From Candidatus Cloacimonadota bacterium (GTDB taxonomy: Bacteria > Cloacimonadota > Cloacimonadia > JGIOTU-2), in assembly GCA_049903315.1 (NCBI GenBank), contig JBNGBT010000009.1, forward strand, positions 32,001 to 96,000: a DNA stretch of 64,000 nt, in the 5' to 3' direction. The number at the start of each line of letters is the position of its first letter. The first letter of the stretch is position 1. Under the pieces are notes generated by a model that made no database searches, was not told the origin of the DNA, and worked only from the letters and a program-made list of their open reading frames with translations. This document shows positions 29,740 through 38,309 of the stretch, in pieces. A program made the translations under genes and the position numbers.

Positions 29740-30117
29740 ATGCAAAAAATATTAAAAGCAATGGATATTATGGAAAAAAATGTAATAACTATTGGGCCTG
29801 AGGTAACTTTAGATAAAGCAATTCAAAGATTACTAGAAAACAAAATTAGCGGTATGCCTGTTGTCGACGACAATGGAAAGATATTAGGTGTTATTTCCGA
29901 AAAGGATATTCTGAATTTTGTGTTCTGTGGCTATCTCCATAATACAAAAGTTAGTGAGGTTATGACAGAAAATTTTGTTCATTTTGCCCCGGAGACAAGA
30001 ATAGAAAAAATTGCTGTTGCAATTTCTAAATATCAGTTTCGTAGAGTGCCAATAGTTAAGGACGGCACAGTAGTAGGAATTGTTTCGCGAAGAGATATTA
30101 TTCGTCACGTACTTTAG
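29740..30117 (+). CDS. CBS domain pair protein
   Basis: ISGMPVVD...GVISEKD and RRVPIV...GIVSRRD. Confidence 0.9.
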   Translation: MQKILKAMDIMEKNVITIGPEVTLDKAIQRLLENKISGMPVVDDNGKILGVISEKDILNFVFCGYLHNTKVSEVMTENFVHFAPETRIEKIAVAISKYQFRRVPIVKDGTVVGIVSRRDIIRHVL

Positions 30118-30166
30118 ACTACATAAATATCTGAACTCATAAATTCTCTCTCGCTCAAGCATAAAG

Positions 30167-30197
30167 AACCGCCTGCAATTTTTCGGGCGGTTTTTTT
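30167..30197 (+). terminator. Rho-independent terminator
   Basis: AACCGCCTG...CGGGCGGTT followed by a T-run. Confidence 0.8.
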
Positions 30198-30344
30198 ATC
30201 TCAAAAATCCACACTTACAACGACATCCTGTTAACAATATGTCCTGCCGATACGGATGATACGCATTTTATTGACATAAATCACATATCAAAATTTGTTA
30301 AAATATATACAATAAGGAAAAATAATTTACATAAAGGAAGTTAT

Positions 30345-31862
30345 ATGAAAAAGACAATCGTTGTATTTTTTTCACTTGCAACCATGCTCATCCTTGTATG
30401 CAATTCTCTTCATGCAATAGAATTATTAAAAGGCAAAACCCTGTACATGCAGGCACAATCCAGTGAAAAGAATGCAGATTACCTCAAAGCTCAAAACCTT
30501 TACAGGCAAGCGCGTAAAGAGCTTCTTAAGGAAAATGATATCGCTCTTGCAGATCTGTGCCGCCAGGGATTCACGCGGATGATGAAAATAACTCTTACCT
30601 ATACTCATACTGCAGAGGATGTCCGAAAGATCATCAAAGAAAAATACCCGGAAACAACTGACCGGCGCATAGACGAAGTGCTCAAAGACGGTCGTCTTGC
30701 TCATCTTAAAATTGGTGGGGAAACCTATTATTTTGACCAATTTTTGAATACACTCTATCATATCTATCCTGATTTTATGACAGAAGAAGCAAAGGGTGCC
30801 TTGGGAAAGATGGGAACGATCTTCGAGATCATGTCTCCCTACATTTATGAACATAAATATCTTCCTTCATGGCAGACAATCTCGAGTCCAATTACATTTG
30901 AGTTCGACGCGCATCTTTCTATCCCAAGAGATTCATTCCCTGATGAAGGAATGTTGCGTGCCTGGATGCCGCTCCCGCTTTCAAATTCGTCCCAGACAGA
31001 TATTGTGATAGAGTCGGTCTGTTCCGAAGAGTACATTCCATATCCCGCTCAGCTTGATGGAGATATCGGGTATGTGTATTATGAATTCCCGCTTGAGCAA
31101 GTACAGGACAGTATAAGGATCGGTGCAAAATTTTCATACACTGCGTATGAGGTCCGGTTCGACGTAGACCCCGGGAAGGTTGGCGAGTATGATAAGAACT
31201 CCCCACTCTATAAACGCTATACTGCTTCAGACAAAAACATTGCCATCACACCGGAAATCCGAGAGACTGCGCTGAGAATAGCAGGAGATGAAACCAATCC
31301 TTATTTGATCGCGAAGAAATTCTATGATCATATTGTGTACGATCTGGATTACAGCTATATGCCGCATGTTGCCCTGGAAGCACTGAAAATTCCAGAATCT
31401 GTCTATGTGCACGAACATGGTTACGGTGATTGCGGCGCACAAAGCATGTACTTTTCTGCACTTTGTCGTTCGGTTGGTATTCCTGCACGTGCGTCGGGCG
31501 GGATGCAGCTTTTTCCGCTGAGTGCAGCACATTGCGGCGACCACTTCTGGGCGCATATGTACATCCCGAATTACGGATGGATACCAGTTGACACTTCGGT
31601 TGGTCAGGCAGCCAAATATATTATTACCATTTCTAAAGAACAGCAAACAGACTTTATCGAATACTTCTTTAGCAAGATCGATCCGTTCCGCTACCTTATT
31701 CAAGTGGATGTTGATGTCCCTCTGGAACCTGCTCCTGAAGAACCTTTATTATTCGGAATGGTGCTCCAGGCGCCCACAGCAGAATGCATGGAAATGGATG
31801 AAAACCCCGGATTGCTGTTTATGGAAAACTGGAAAATACGCAGTAAGGAAATATCCAAATAA
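30345..31862 (+). CDS. Secreted transglutaminase-like protein
   Basis: Signal peptide. GDCGAQS, LCRSVGIPAR, HFWA and GWIPVD give a Cys-His-Asp triad. Confidence 0.88.
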   Translation: MKKTIVVFFSLATMLILVCNSLHAIELLKGKTLYMQAQSSEKNADYLKAQNLYRQARKELLKENDIALADLCRQGFTRMMKITLTYTHTAEDVRKIIKEKYPETTDRRIDEVLKDGRLAHLKIGGETYYFDQFLNTLYHIYPDFMTEEAKGALGKMGTIFEIMSPYIYEHKYLPSWQTISSPITFEFDAHLSIPRDSFPDEGMLRAWMPLPLSNSSQTDIVIESVCSEEYIPYPAQLDGDIGYVYYEFPLEQVQDSIRIGAKFSYTAYEVRFDVDPGKVGEYDKNSPLYKRYTASDKNIAITPEIRETALRIAGDETNPYLIAKKFYDHIVYDLDYSYMPHVALEALKIPESVYVHEHGYGDCGAQSMYFSALCRSVGIPARASGGMQLFPLSAAHCGDHFWAHMYIPNYGWIPVDTSVGQAAKYIITISKEQQTDFIEYFFSKIDPFRYLIQVDVDVPLEPAPEEPLLFGMVLQAPTAECMEMDENPGLLFMENWKIRSKEISK

Positions 31863-31892
31863 TATAATCGTACTTTTGTCGAGGAAAGGAGA

Positions 31893-32558
31893 ATGATGAA
31901 AATTGTAACAGTACTTTTGATGATAATCGTGTTGTTCTGTTCCGTTATATACGGACATGCACAGAAGGATAAGATCCCATCACATTATTTGATTGTCATG
32001 TATGGAAAGAGCCAACTTTATTTTGATTCTATCAATTCACATCAAAGCATATCGGTTGGATATAATCCCATGCATAAAAATAAAGGATTCGGTCTCAATG
32101 CATGGTATCTTCAGGATGATCACACTTCATATTATGGATTTAAAGAAAGTATGATCATAATCCAGCCATCTATTCATCTTCTCCATAAATCTCTCGTTGT
32201 AAAACTCGGCTGGAACGTATTTATCCTCAGTGAAGGAGAGGAACCCGGACTGAAGACATGGCAGCCTGCGATCGAAATAAACTATGGGTTTATGGAAAAT
32301 TTCTATCTCTCTTTTAATTTCAAATCAGACATGTTTTTTGGTAGTGTAAATGCGAATATTCATTACGTGTTCAATGATAACATTTCAGGAATAATGCTCG
32401 GATATGCATATAAGGAAAACTGGGACGACGATTATAATGGACTTATATATAAGCTCGACTGCAAGGTTTTCAAAAAATTCCTACTGCGGGTTTGTGGCAA
32501 TGTCGATTTTAAATTTTCGCCACAAGGGATACAGGTTGGAGTTGGGATGCTTCTATAA
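31893..32558 (+). CDS. Hypothetical exported protein, possible small beta-barrel
   Basis: Signal peptide, aromatic alternating strands, GGAG RBS. Confidence 0.6.
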   Translation: MMKIVTVLLMIIVLFCSVIYGHAQKDKIPSHYLIVMYGKSQLYFDSINSHQSISVGYNPMHKNKGFGLNAWYLQDDHTSYYGFKESMIIIQPSIHLLHKSLVVKLGWNVFILSEGEEPGLKTWQPAIEINYGFMENFYLSFNFKSDMFFGSVNANIHYVFNDNISGIMLGYAYKENWDDDYNGLIYKLDCKVFKKFLLRVCGNVDFKFSPQGIQVGVGMLL

Positions 32559-32580
32559 AAATGAAAAAGAAATAGAATAA

Positions 32581-32778
32581 TCCGTCAACAAAAGTCATCC
32601 TTCTCATCACACATCGGCACACCAGCTTGCTGAGATTGCAAATAAGTGTAAACCGGAATTACTCATAACCTATCATACGCTTTACCGGGGTGCACATGAT
32701 GGGGACATGCTTAATGAGATCACACAGAATTATAAAGGCAGGGTTGTAATTGGGCGGGATCTTCAAATTTTTCATTGA
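32581..32778 (+). pseudogene. C-terminal remnant of an RNase Z/arylsulfatase-type MBL hydrolase
   Basis: Frame with no start codon for the domain: SHHTSAHQLAEIANKCKPELLITYH...YKGRVVIGRDLQIFH*. Absent from the ORF track. Confidence 0.7.
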
Positions 32779-32844
32779 CAATAAATTGTTGCAATCACGT
32801 TGTTTTTATTGATGCTATGCAAATAAATCAAAGGAGAATGCATC

Positions 32845-33207
32845 ATGATAAAATTAATGACCGGGCTTCCGGACAATGTGCTGGGACTTATCGCAATTGG
32901 AGAACTTACTGCAGAGGATTACAAAACTGTTGTCATGCCTGCGGTTGAGGAAAAAGTTAACCTCTATAAAAAGATCCGGCTGATTTATGTCATTGGCAAA
33001 AAATATAAAGATTTCTCCATCGGTGCGATGTTTGATGACATGAAAACTGGCTTCAGCCACCTTGCTATATGGGATAAAGTTGCGGTTGTGACGGATATCA
33101 AATGGATTGCAAATGGAGTAAGATTCTGGGGATTCACCGTGCATGGTGCTTTTAAGGTATTCAGCACAGACCAGGTAGAGCAGGCTCGAGAGTGGATATC
33201 AGAATAG
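32845..33207 (+). CDS. STAS/SEC14 (SpoIIAA-like) protein
   Basis: GELTAEDY, KVAVVTD and AREWI motifs. Confidence 0.85.
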   Translation: MIKLMTGLPDNVLGLIAIGELTAEDYKTVVMPAVEEKVNLYKKIRLIYVIGKKYKDFSIGAMFDDMKTGFSHLAIWDKVAVVTDIKWIANGVRFWGFTVHGAFKVFSTDQVEQAREWISE

Positions 33208-33217
33208 GAACTTCTCT

Positions 33218-34048
33218 ATGAAACTTACCGTTCTTGTGGACAATAATACTTATATCGACCGCTACTTCCTTGGCGAGCCGGCACTTTCCTTCTTTATTGA
33301 AGATGGGGAAAAGAGAATTCTTTTTGATTGCGGATACAGTAATATATTTTTTGAGAATGCCCGAAAAATGGAAATTGATCTTCGCTTTCTTGATTATCTT
33401 GTGTTGTCACATTGCCATCTTGACCATACATGGGGCGTTGAGACACTGATCCGTGAATATACAGAAGCCCGCCTTGAGAAGCTGGATTTTCACAAACCCC
33501 TCCTTGTTGCACACCCCGGTGTCTTTGTAAGCACTTATGTAGATGGAGTGGGTGAGATCGGCACACTACTTTCCGAAAACAAAACTAAGGCACATTTTTC
33601 ATTACAGCTGAGCAAATATCCAATTAATCTTACAGAAAACCTTATATTTCTTGGTGAAATACCGCGCGTATTCCCATTTGAAGCTATGGCTCCAATAGGT
33701 AGGAAAGCCGACGAAAAAGAATATGATCTCGTTCCCGACGATACTGCGCTTGCTTTCAAATCAGAGAAAGGTTTGGTGATCATCACCGGCTGTTCGCATG
33801 CAGGAATTTGTAATATTACCGAGTACGCCAAAAAAGTCTGCAACGAGGATCGGATTGTTTCCATTATCGGTGGATTGCATCTGCTAGATCCGACCAAAGA
33901 ACAGCTTGCCGGAACTTTGGAATATATTAATAAGCTTAACTTGAATGCTCTTTATGCCTGTCATTGTACTGATTTTGCTTCGAAATGCGCACTGGCAAAG
34001 GTTACTCCGGTAGAAGAAGTTGGAGCCGGGTTGTGTGTGGCGTTTTGA
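33218..34048 (+). CDS. MBL-fold metallo-hydrolase
   Basis: LFDCG, SHCHLDH, TGCSHAG, GGLHL and CHCT motifs. Confidence 0.9.
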   Translation: MKLTVLVDNNTYIDRYFLGEPALSFFIEDGEKRILFDCGYSNIFFENARKMEIDLRFLDYLVLSHCHLDHTWGVETLIREYTEARLEKLDFHKPLLVAHPGVFVSTYVDGVGEIGTLLSENKTKAHFSLQLSKYPINLTENLIFLGEIPRVFPFEAMAPIGRKADEKEYDLVPDDTALAFKSEKGLVIITGCSHAGICNITEYAKKVCNEDRIVSIIGGLHLLDPTKEQLAGTLEYINKLNLNALYACHCTDFASKCALAKVTPVEEVGAGLCVAF

Positions 34049-34076
34049 GGAATATTTTCACAGAAAAGGATATCTA

Positions 34077-34715
34077 TTGAAATATAAACTGGTCATCTTC
34101 GATTTCGACGGCACCCTTGCCGATACTTTTCCCTGGTTTGTAAAGAACATCAGGGCTGTCGCGGATAAATACGGCTTTAAACATATAAAGGATGAGGAGG
34201 TAGAGGAGTTAAGAAATTTTGATGCGAAACATATGTTAAAATTCGTAGAATTTCCCATACTTAAACTCCCGCTGATCGCTACATATATGCGCGGACTTAT
34301 GAAAACAGAGATAGATGAGATCAAGCTTTTTGATGGTGTGCCGGAAATGCTGCACCAGCTTTATGATGCGGGTCTTACCCTCGCAGTAGTAAGTACAAAC
34401 TCCCGGGAAAACGTGAAAGCTGTACTCGGTGCTGATTTGAGTGCATTGATCACAGATTATGAATGCGGTGTGTCGCTTTTCAGCAAGGAAGCCAAGCTGA
34501 AGAAAATATCCCACAAGTGTAAAATTTCCCTGTCAGAAGCCATTTACATTGCTGATGAACTACGAGATTTCGATTCTGCCCGGAACGTTAAGCTTGATAT
34601 TGGGGCTGTTGCCTGGGGATATACGAATCCTGAAGCATTGAAAAAATTGCAGCCAACATTGTTTTTTGAGAATGTGAGGGAGATTGAAAAGAAATTAAAA
34701 ATGCTCGCAAAATAA
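34077..34715 (+). CDS. HAD family phosphatase (phosphoglycolate phosphatase-like)
   Basis: FDFDGTLAD, VSTN, ADELRD and VAWGY motifs. TTG start after AAAGGA. Confidence 0.88.
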   Translation: MKYKLVIFDFDGTLADTFPWFVKNIRAVADKYGFKHIKDEEVEELRNFDAKHMLKFVEFPILKLPLIATYMRGLMKTEIDEIKLFDGVPEMLHQLYDAGLTLAVVSTNSRENVKAVLGADLSALITDYECGVSLFSKEAKLKKISHKCKISLSEAIYIADELRDFDSARNVKLDIGAVAWGYTNPEALKKLQPTLFFENVREIEKKLKMLAK

Positions 34716-34851
34716 TTATCTCATTCTCGGATATAATAAGTCTTTGAGGGAGGTTATAAAAATTTTTATAATAATGTTGACAATAAAATATAAAATTAGC
34801 ATTAATTATTTAAATATGTTTTTTCTAAATTAATAGTGTTGGAGAAATTAC

Positions 34852-34879
34852 TTGACGGAAAATTTTTTTAAATTAGTTT
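34852..34879 (+). promoter_or_regulatory. Probable sigma70 promoter upstream of the NYN leader
   Basis: TTGACG-N16-TAGTTT. A TTGACA also lies about 75 bp upstream. Confidence 0.45.
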
Positions 34880-34891
34880 ATTGTCATCATC

Positions 34892-34947
34892 CTAAGGTAA
34901 TCATGTATTGCTTTAGCCCCGAATTCGAAAGAGGATTCGGGTTTTTT
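34892..34947 (+). ncRNA. Candidate structured small RNA or attenuating leader (two hairpins plus U-tract)
   Basis: CTAAGGTAAT-catgt-ATTGCTTTAG (10 bp including G-U pairs), then CCCGAAT-TC-gaaa-GA-gg-ATTCGGG-TTTTTT, ending 7 nt before the NYN ATG. Confidence 0.5.
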
Positions 34948-34954
34948 ATATCTT

Positions 34955-35602
34955 ATGTTTAACGCTGTTTTCTTTATTGATGGATTTAATTTCTATCATT
35001 CATTGATTGATGATGATCCATTAATGCATGTACAACGTTATTCCCAATACAAGTGGTTAAACTATCGGAAGCTTTGTGAACTTTTTATTTCAAAATCAAT
35101 TTGTATTAGGAAGATTTTATTTTTTACAGCCCTTACTGTTTGGAATCAAGATAAAGTTTTAAGACATAAACAATTAATAAAAGCACTTCAATCTATTGAT
35201 ATAGAAATCGTTTATGGTAAATTTAAGAGAAAAGATAGAACTTGTCGTATTTGTAAGAAAACATATAGAACACACGAGGAAAAACAGACAGACGTAAACA
35301 TTGCAATTGAACTTCTATCATTAGCCTATCAAAATGTTTATGATATTGCATATATTATATCAGGTGATAGTGATTTGATTCCATCAATTCAAGCAGTCCA
35401 AAAGACTTTTCCAAATAAAAAGATTAATATAATTTTTCCAATGAACAGAACATCCTTGGAGCTTAAGCAGATTGTTGATCGGAGCATGAAAATAAAAGAG
35501 ACTCATCTAATATCAAGTCTATTTGAAAGAGAAATTGCTTTAAGAAATGGAGAAAAAATAACCTGTCCGGATAGTTGGGTTAATCCAAAGTATCACATAT
35601 AG
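34955..35602 (+). CDS. NYN domain (LabA/DUF88, PIN-like) protein
   Basis: FIDGFNFYH, EEKQTDVNIA and ISGDSDLIP acidic motifs. CRIC knuckle. AT-rich. Confidence 0.92.
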   Translation: MFNAVFFIDGFNFYHSLIDDDPLMHVQRYSQYKWLNYRKLCELFISKSICIRKILFFTALTVWNQDKVLRHKQLIKALQSIDIEIVYGKFKRKDRTCRICKKTYRTHEEKQTDVNIAIELLSLAYQNVYDIAYIISGDSDLIPSIQAVQKTFPNKKINIIFPMNRTSLELKQIVDRSMKIKETHLISSLFEREIALRNGEKITCPDSWVNPKYHI

Positions 35603-35642
35603 TGTCTTTTTAAAATTATTAGATATCTTATTGGAAAAATTT

Positions 35643-35674
35643 AAGCCCCAACATTCGCCGGGGCTTTTCTTTTT
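35643..35674. terminator. Terminator between convergent NYN and kbl genes
   Basis: AAGCCCC...GGGGCTT with a T-rich tail. Confidence 0.7.
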
Positions 35675-35690
35675 ATCTAAGTAAGTGGTA

Positions 35691-36920
35691 TTAGTGTGTT
35701 TCTTTATACTTTTTCAAAACGCCGAGCACATAATCAATATCAGCTTCAGTATGGTCAGCGTTTACCTGGAATCGAATCTCTTCATCACCTTTTGGCACAA
35801 CAGGGAAGTTCAATCCTGTTGCAAGTACGCCGTTTTCTGTCAGGTATTTCACAAGTTCTGCTGTTTTGGGTGTATCGCGTACCATGAGGGGAACAACCGG
35901 GTGAGGTCCTTTGATGGTTTCATACCCAAGATCGATCAAACCTTTCTCAAATTTTGCAGTCATTTCTGCGAGGTGTGCGAGTCGTAAAAGTCCTTCCGGC
36001 GAATCTATGATTTCCAGAACTTTCAGTACTGCGGCAGCTTCTGAATTTGTGATCGGGTTGGAGTATATGTACATCGGGGCTTTCTCTCTAAGATAATCAA
36101 GAATCGTTTTGGAGGTAACTACATATCCGCCGTTCACGCCAAAAGCCTTACCCATGGTTCCGACCAGCACATCGACCTTTGTGTTCAAATATTCTTCGGT
36201 TCCTCGTCCAGTTTTACCGAGTGCGCCAACGCCGTGGGAATCATCAACGATACATATGATGCCTTCTTCGAACTTATCATCATATTTTTTGCACAATTCC
36301 ACGATCTTATCAAGCGGGGCATTATCTCCGCGCATGCTGAAAATTCCGTCAGTAATGACCATGCAGCGCTTTCCTTTACCAACAGCTTCCTGCAGTTGCA
36401 CCTCAAAGTCTTCCATATTATTGTGCTTCCAGATCAGCTTTGCCGCCGGGCGGGACAGCCGGATCGCCTGAATGATACAGTTATGATTCAGTTCGTCGCT
36501 GACCACCACGGTTTCTTTCGTCATGAGTGGATATATCACACCCATGCTTGTCACATATGCAGAGCTGAATATCATGCCTGCTTCTCTTCCATGGAATTCC
36601 GCAAGTTTCTTTTCCAGCTCGATATGCGGCGTATAGGTTCCGCTGATGAACCGAACCGCGCCGGGACCAACACCATATTTTTCTGCAGCTTTTTCCTCAG
36701 CTTTAATCACCTCGGGGTTGAGTGACATTCCAAGATAGGAATTTGAATTCATCTTGATGAACTTTTTTTCTCCAGCGCCTTTGATGCGAAAACGGGGACC
36801 GAATTTGCCTTCGGGTTTTATCACATCCGTGATAACCATTTCAGCACCCTTGTCTCTGCCTGTTTCTCTTAACTCTTTCAGTTCCTTTTCAAGCGCAGTT
36901 TTTAATCTGTTTACTGGCAT
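35691..36920 (-). CDS. kbl: Glycine C-acetyltransferase (2-amino-3-ketobutyrate CoA ligase)
   Basis: NSYLG, AVRFISGT, DELNH, DGIFSMRG, DDSHG and GTMGKA (PLP Lys) motifs. Adjacent to tdh. Confidence 0.85.
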   Translation of the reverse strand: MPVNRLKTALEKELKELRETGRDKGAEMVITDVIKPEGKFGPRFRIKGAGEKKFIKMNSNSYLGMSLNPEVIKAEEKAAEKYGVGPGAVRFISGTYTPHIELEKKLAEFHGREAGMIFSSAYVTSMGVIYPLMTKETVVVSDELNHNCIIQAIRLSRPAAKLIWKHNNMEDFEVQLQEAVGKGKRCMVITDGIFSMRGDNAPLDKIVELCKKYDDKFEEGIICIVDDSHGVGALGKTGRGTEEYLNTKVDVLVGTMGKAFGVNGGYVVTSKTILDYLREKAPMYIYSNPITNSEAAAVLKVLEIIDSPEGLLRLAHLAEMTAKFEKGLIDLGYETIKGPHPVVPLMVRDTPKTAELVKYLTENGVLATGLNFPVVPKGDEEIRFQVNADHTEADIDYVLGVLKKYKETH

Positions 36921-36948
36921 TTATTCCTCCAAATATATTTTCTGTTCA

Positions 36949-37899
36949 CTATTTTAATTTTTTCGATAAAACTTCAAGCATGTCTTTTGTCATCGCTTCA
37001 AGATCATAATCGGGTTTCCAGCCCCATTCTTCGCGGGCAGCAGAATCGTCCATGGAGTTGGGCCATGAATTGGCAATTGCCTGCCGTACAGGATCGACAT
37101 CATACTCCAGCACAAATTCGGGAATGACTTTCTTGATCGAAGCAGCAATCTTTTCCGGATCAAAGCTCATTGCGGTCACATTAAAGGCATTTCTGTGTTT
37201 CAGTTTTGCGGGATCGGCTTCCATGAGGTCGATGGCGGCTTTGATCGCATCGGGCATATACATCATATCCAGGTATGTTCCTTTGCCGAGATTGCAAGTA
37301 TATTTTTTATTCTTGATGGCTTCATAATAGATCTCGACCGCATAGTCTGTTGTGCCGCCGCCGGGGAGTGTTTCGTTTGAGATAATTCCCGGATAGCGGA
37401 CACCACGGGTATCCACGCCGAATCTTTTAAAATAATAATCGCAAAGTAATTCTCCTGCAACTTTGGTAACGCCGTACATCGTACTTGGTCTTTGGATCGT
37501 ATCCTGTGGTGTGTTGTCAAGAGGTGTAGATTCTCCGAATGCGCCGATTGAGCTGGGAGTAAATACCGCACAACCATATTCGCGAGCTACTTCCAGAACA
37601 TTGTACAGGGCATTTATGTTCACGTTCCATGCAAGATTCGGTTTTGCTTCCGCAACTGCGGACAGGATCGCTGCCAAATGATAAATTGTGTCGATATTGT
37701 ATTTTTTTACAACATCTCTTACCTGCTCGATATTGGTGCAATCAACCATTTCACAAGGACCTGAGTTTTTAAGTGTTTCTCCAGGTTTTGTTCTGTGAAA
37801 TCCGGCAACCACATTATCATTACCATATCTCTTTCGTAATTCCATAGTGAGTTCAGAGCCAATTTGTCCTACAGCTCCAGTAACAAGGATTTTTTGCAT
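36949..37899 (-). CDS. tdh: SDR-type L-threonine 3-dehydrogenase
   Basis: TGAVGQIG, PSSIGAFG, MYGVTK, PGGGTTDYA and MMYMPD motifs. Confidence 0.88.
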   Translation of the reverse strand: MQKILVTGAVGQIGSELTMELRKRYGNDNVVAGFHRTKPGETLKNSGPCEMVDCTNIEQVRDVVKKYNIDTIYHLAAILSAVAEAKPNLAWNVNINALYNVLEVAREYGCAVFTPSSIGAFGESTPLDNTPQDTIQRPSTMYGVTKVAGELLCDYYFKRFGVDTRGVRYPGIISNETLPGGGTTDYAVEIYYEAIKNKKYTCNLGKGTYLDMMYMPDAIKAAIDLMEADPAKLKHRNAFNVTAMSFDPEKIAASIKKVIPEFVLEYDVDPVRQAIANSWPNSMDDSAAREEWGWKPDYDLEAMTKDMLEVLSKKLK

Positions 37900-37913
37900 G
37901 TATTCCTCCGATT

Positions 37914-38306
37914 TCAATTTATTTTTTCTAAAATTACTACTGCAATTGCAGATTCTTTCGTGTGAGAAAGCGACACATGGACATTATCGATACCTGCATT
38001 TTGACAAATCTCCTTCGCAGAGTTCTGCATGCGAAGTTCCGGCTTGCCAAGTTCATTATTGACAACCTCGACATCCTTCCATTTCAAACCACCCCGTAAA
38101 CCGGAACCAAGTGCTTTCAGGAATGCTTCTTTCGCAGCGAATCGTGCCGCAAAACACTGTGCCTGTATGCCGAGATTTTCGGCTCTGGTGCAATAGATTA
38201 TCTCGCTCTTTGTGAAGAGCATATCTATGAACTTTTCACCATGGGAAGCCAACTCTTTTTTGATCCGTTCAACTTCTACAAGGTCTGTGCCAATGCCAAA
38301 TATCAT
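37914..38306 (-). CDS. acpS: Holo-ACP synthase
   Basis: GIGTDLVE, AARFAAKEAFLKALG and VSLSH motifs. Confidence 0.95.
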   Translation of the reverse strand: MIFGIGTDLVEVERIKKELASHGEKFIDMLFTKSEIIYCTRAENLGIQAQCFAARFAAKEAFLKALGSGLRGGLKWKDVEVVNNELGKPELRMQNSAKEICQNAGIDNVHVSLSHTKESAIAVVILEKIN

Positions 38307-38309
38307 AGT

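Noticed and set aside
14331..35602. Whole accessory tract as an integron cassette array
   Set aside because: Most spacers are too short or lack RYYYAAC/GTTRRRY pairs, several genes have their own promoters or operons, and there is no intI.
35691..36920. Annotation as bioF
   Set aside because: The VRFISGT motif and adjacency to tdh favour kbl, and no biotin genes are nearby.
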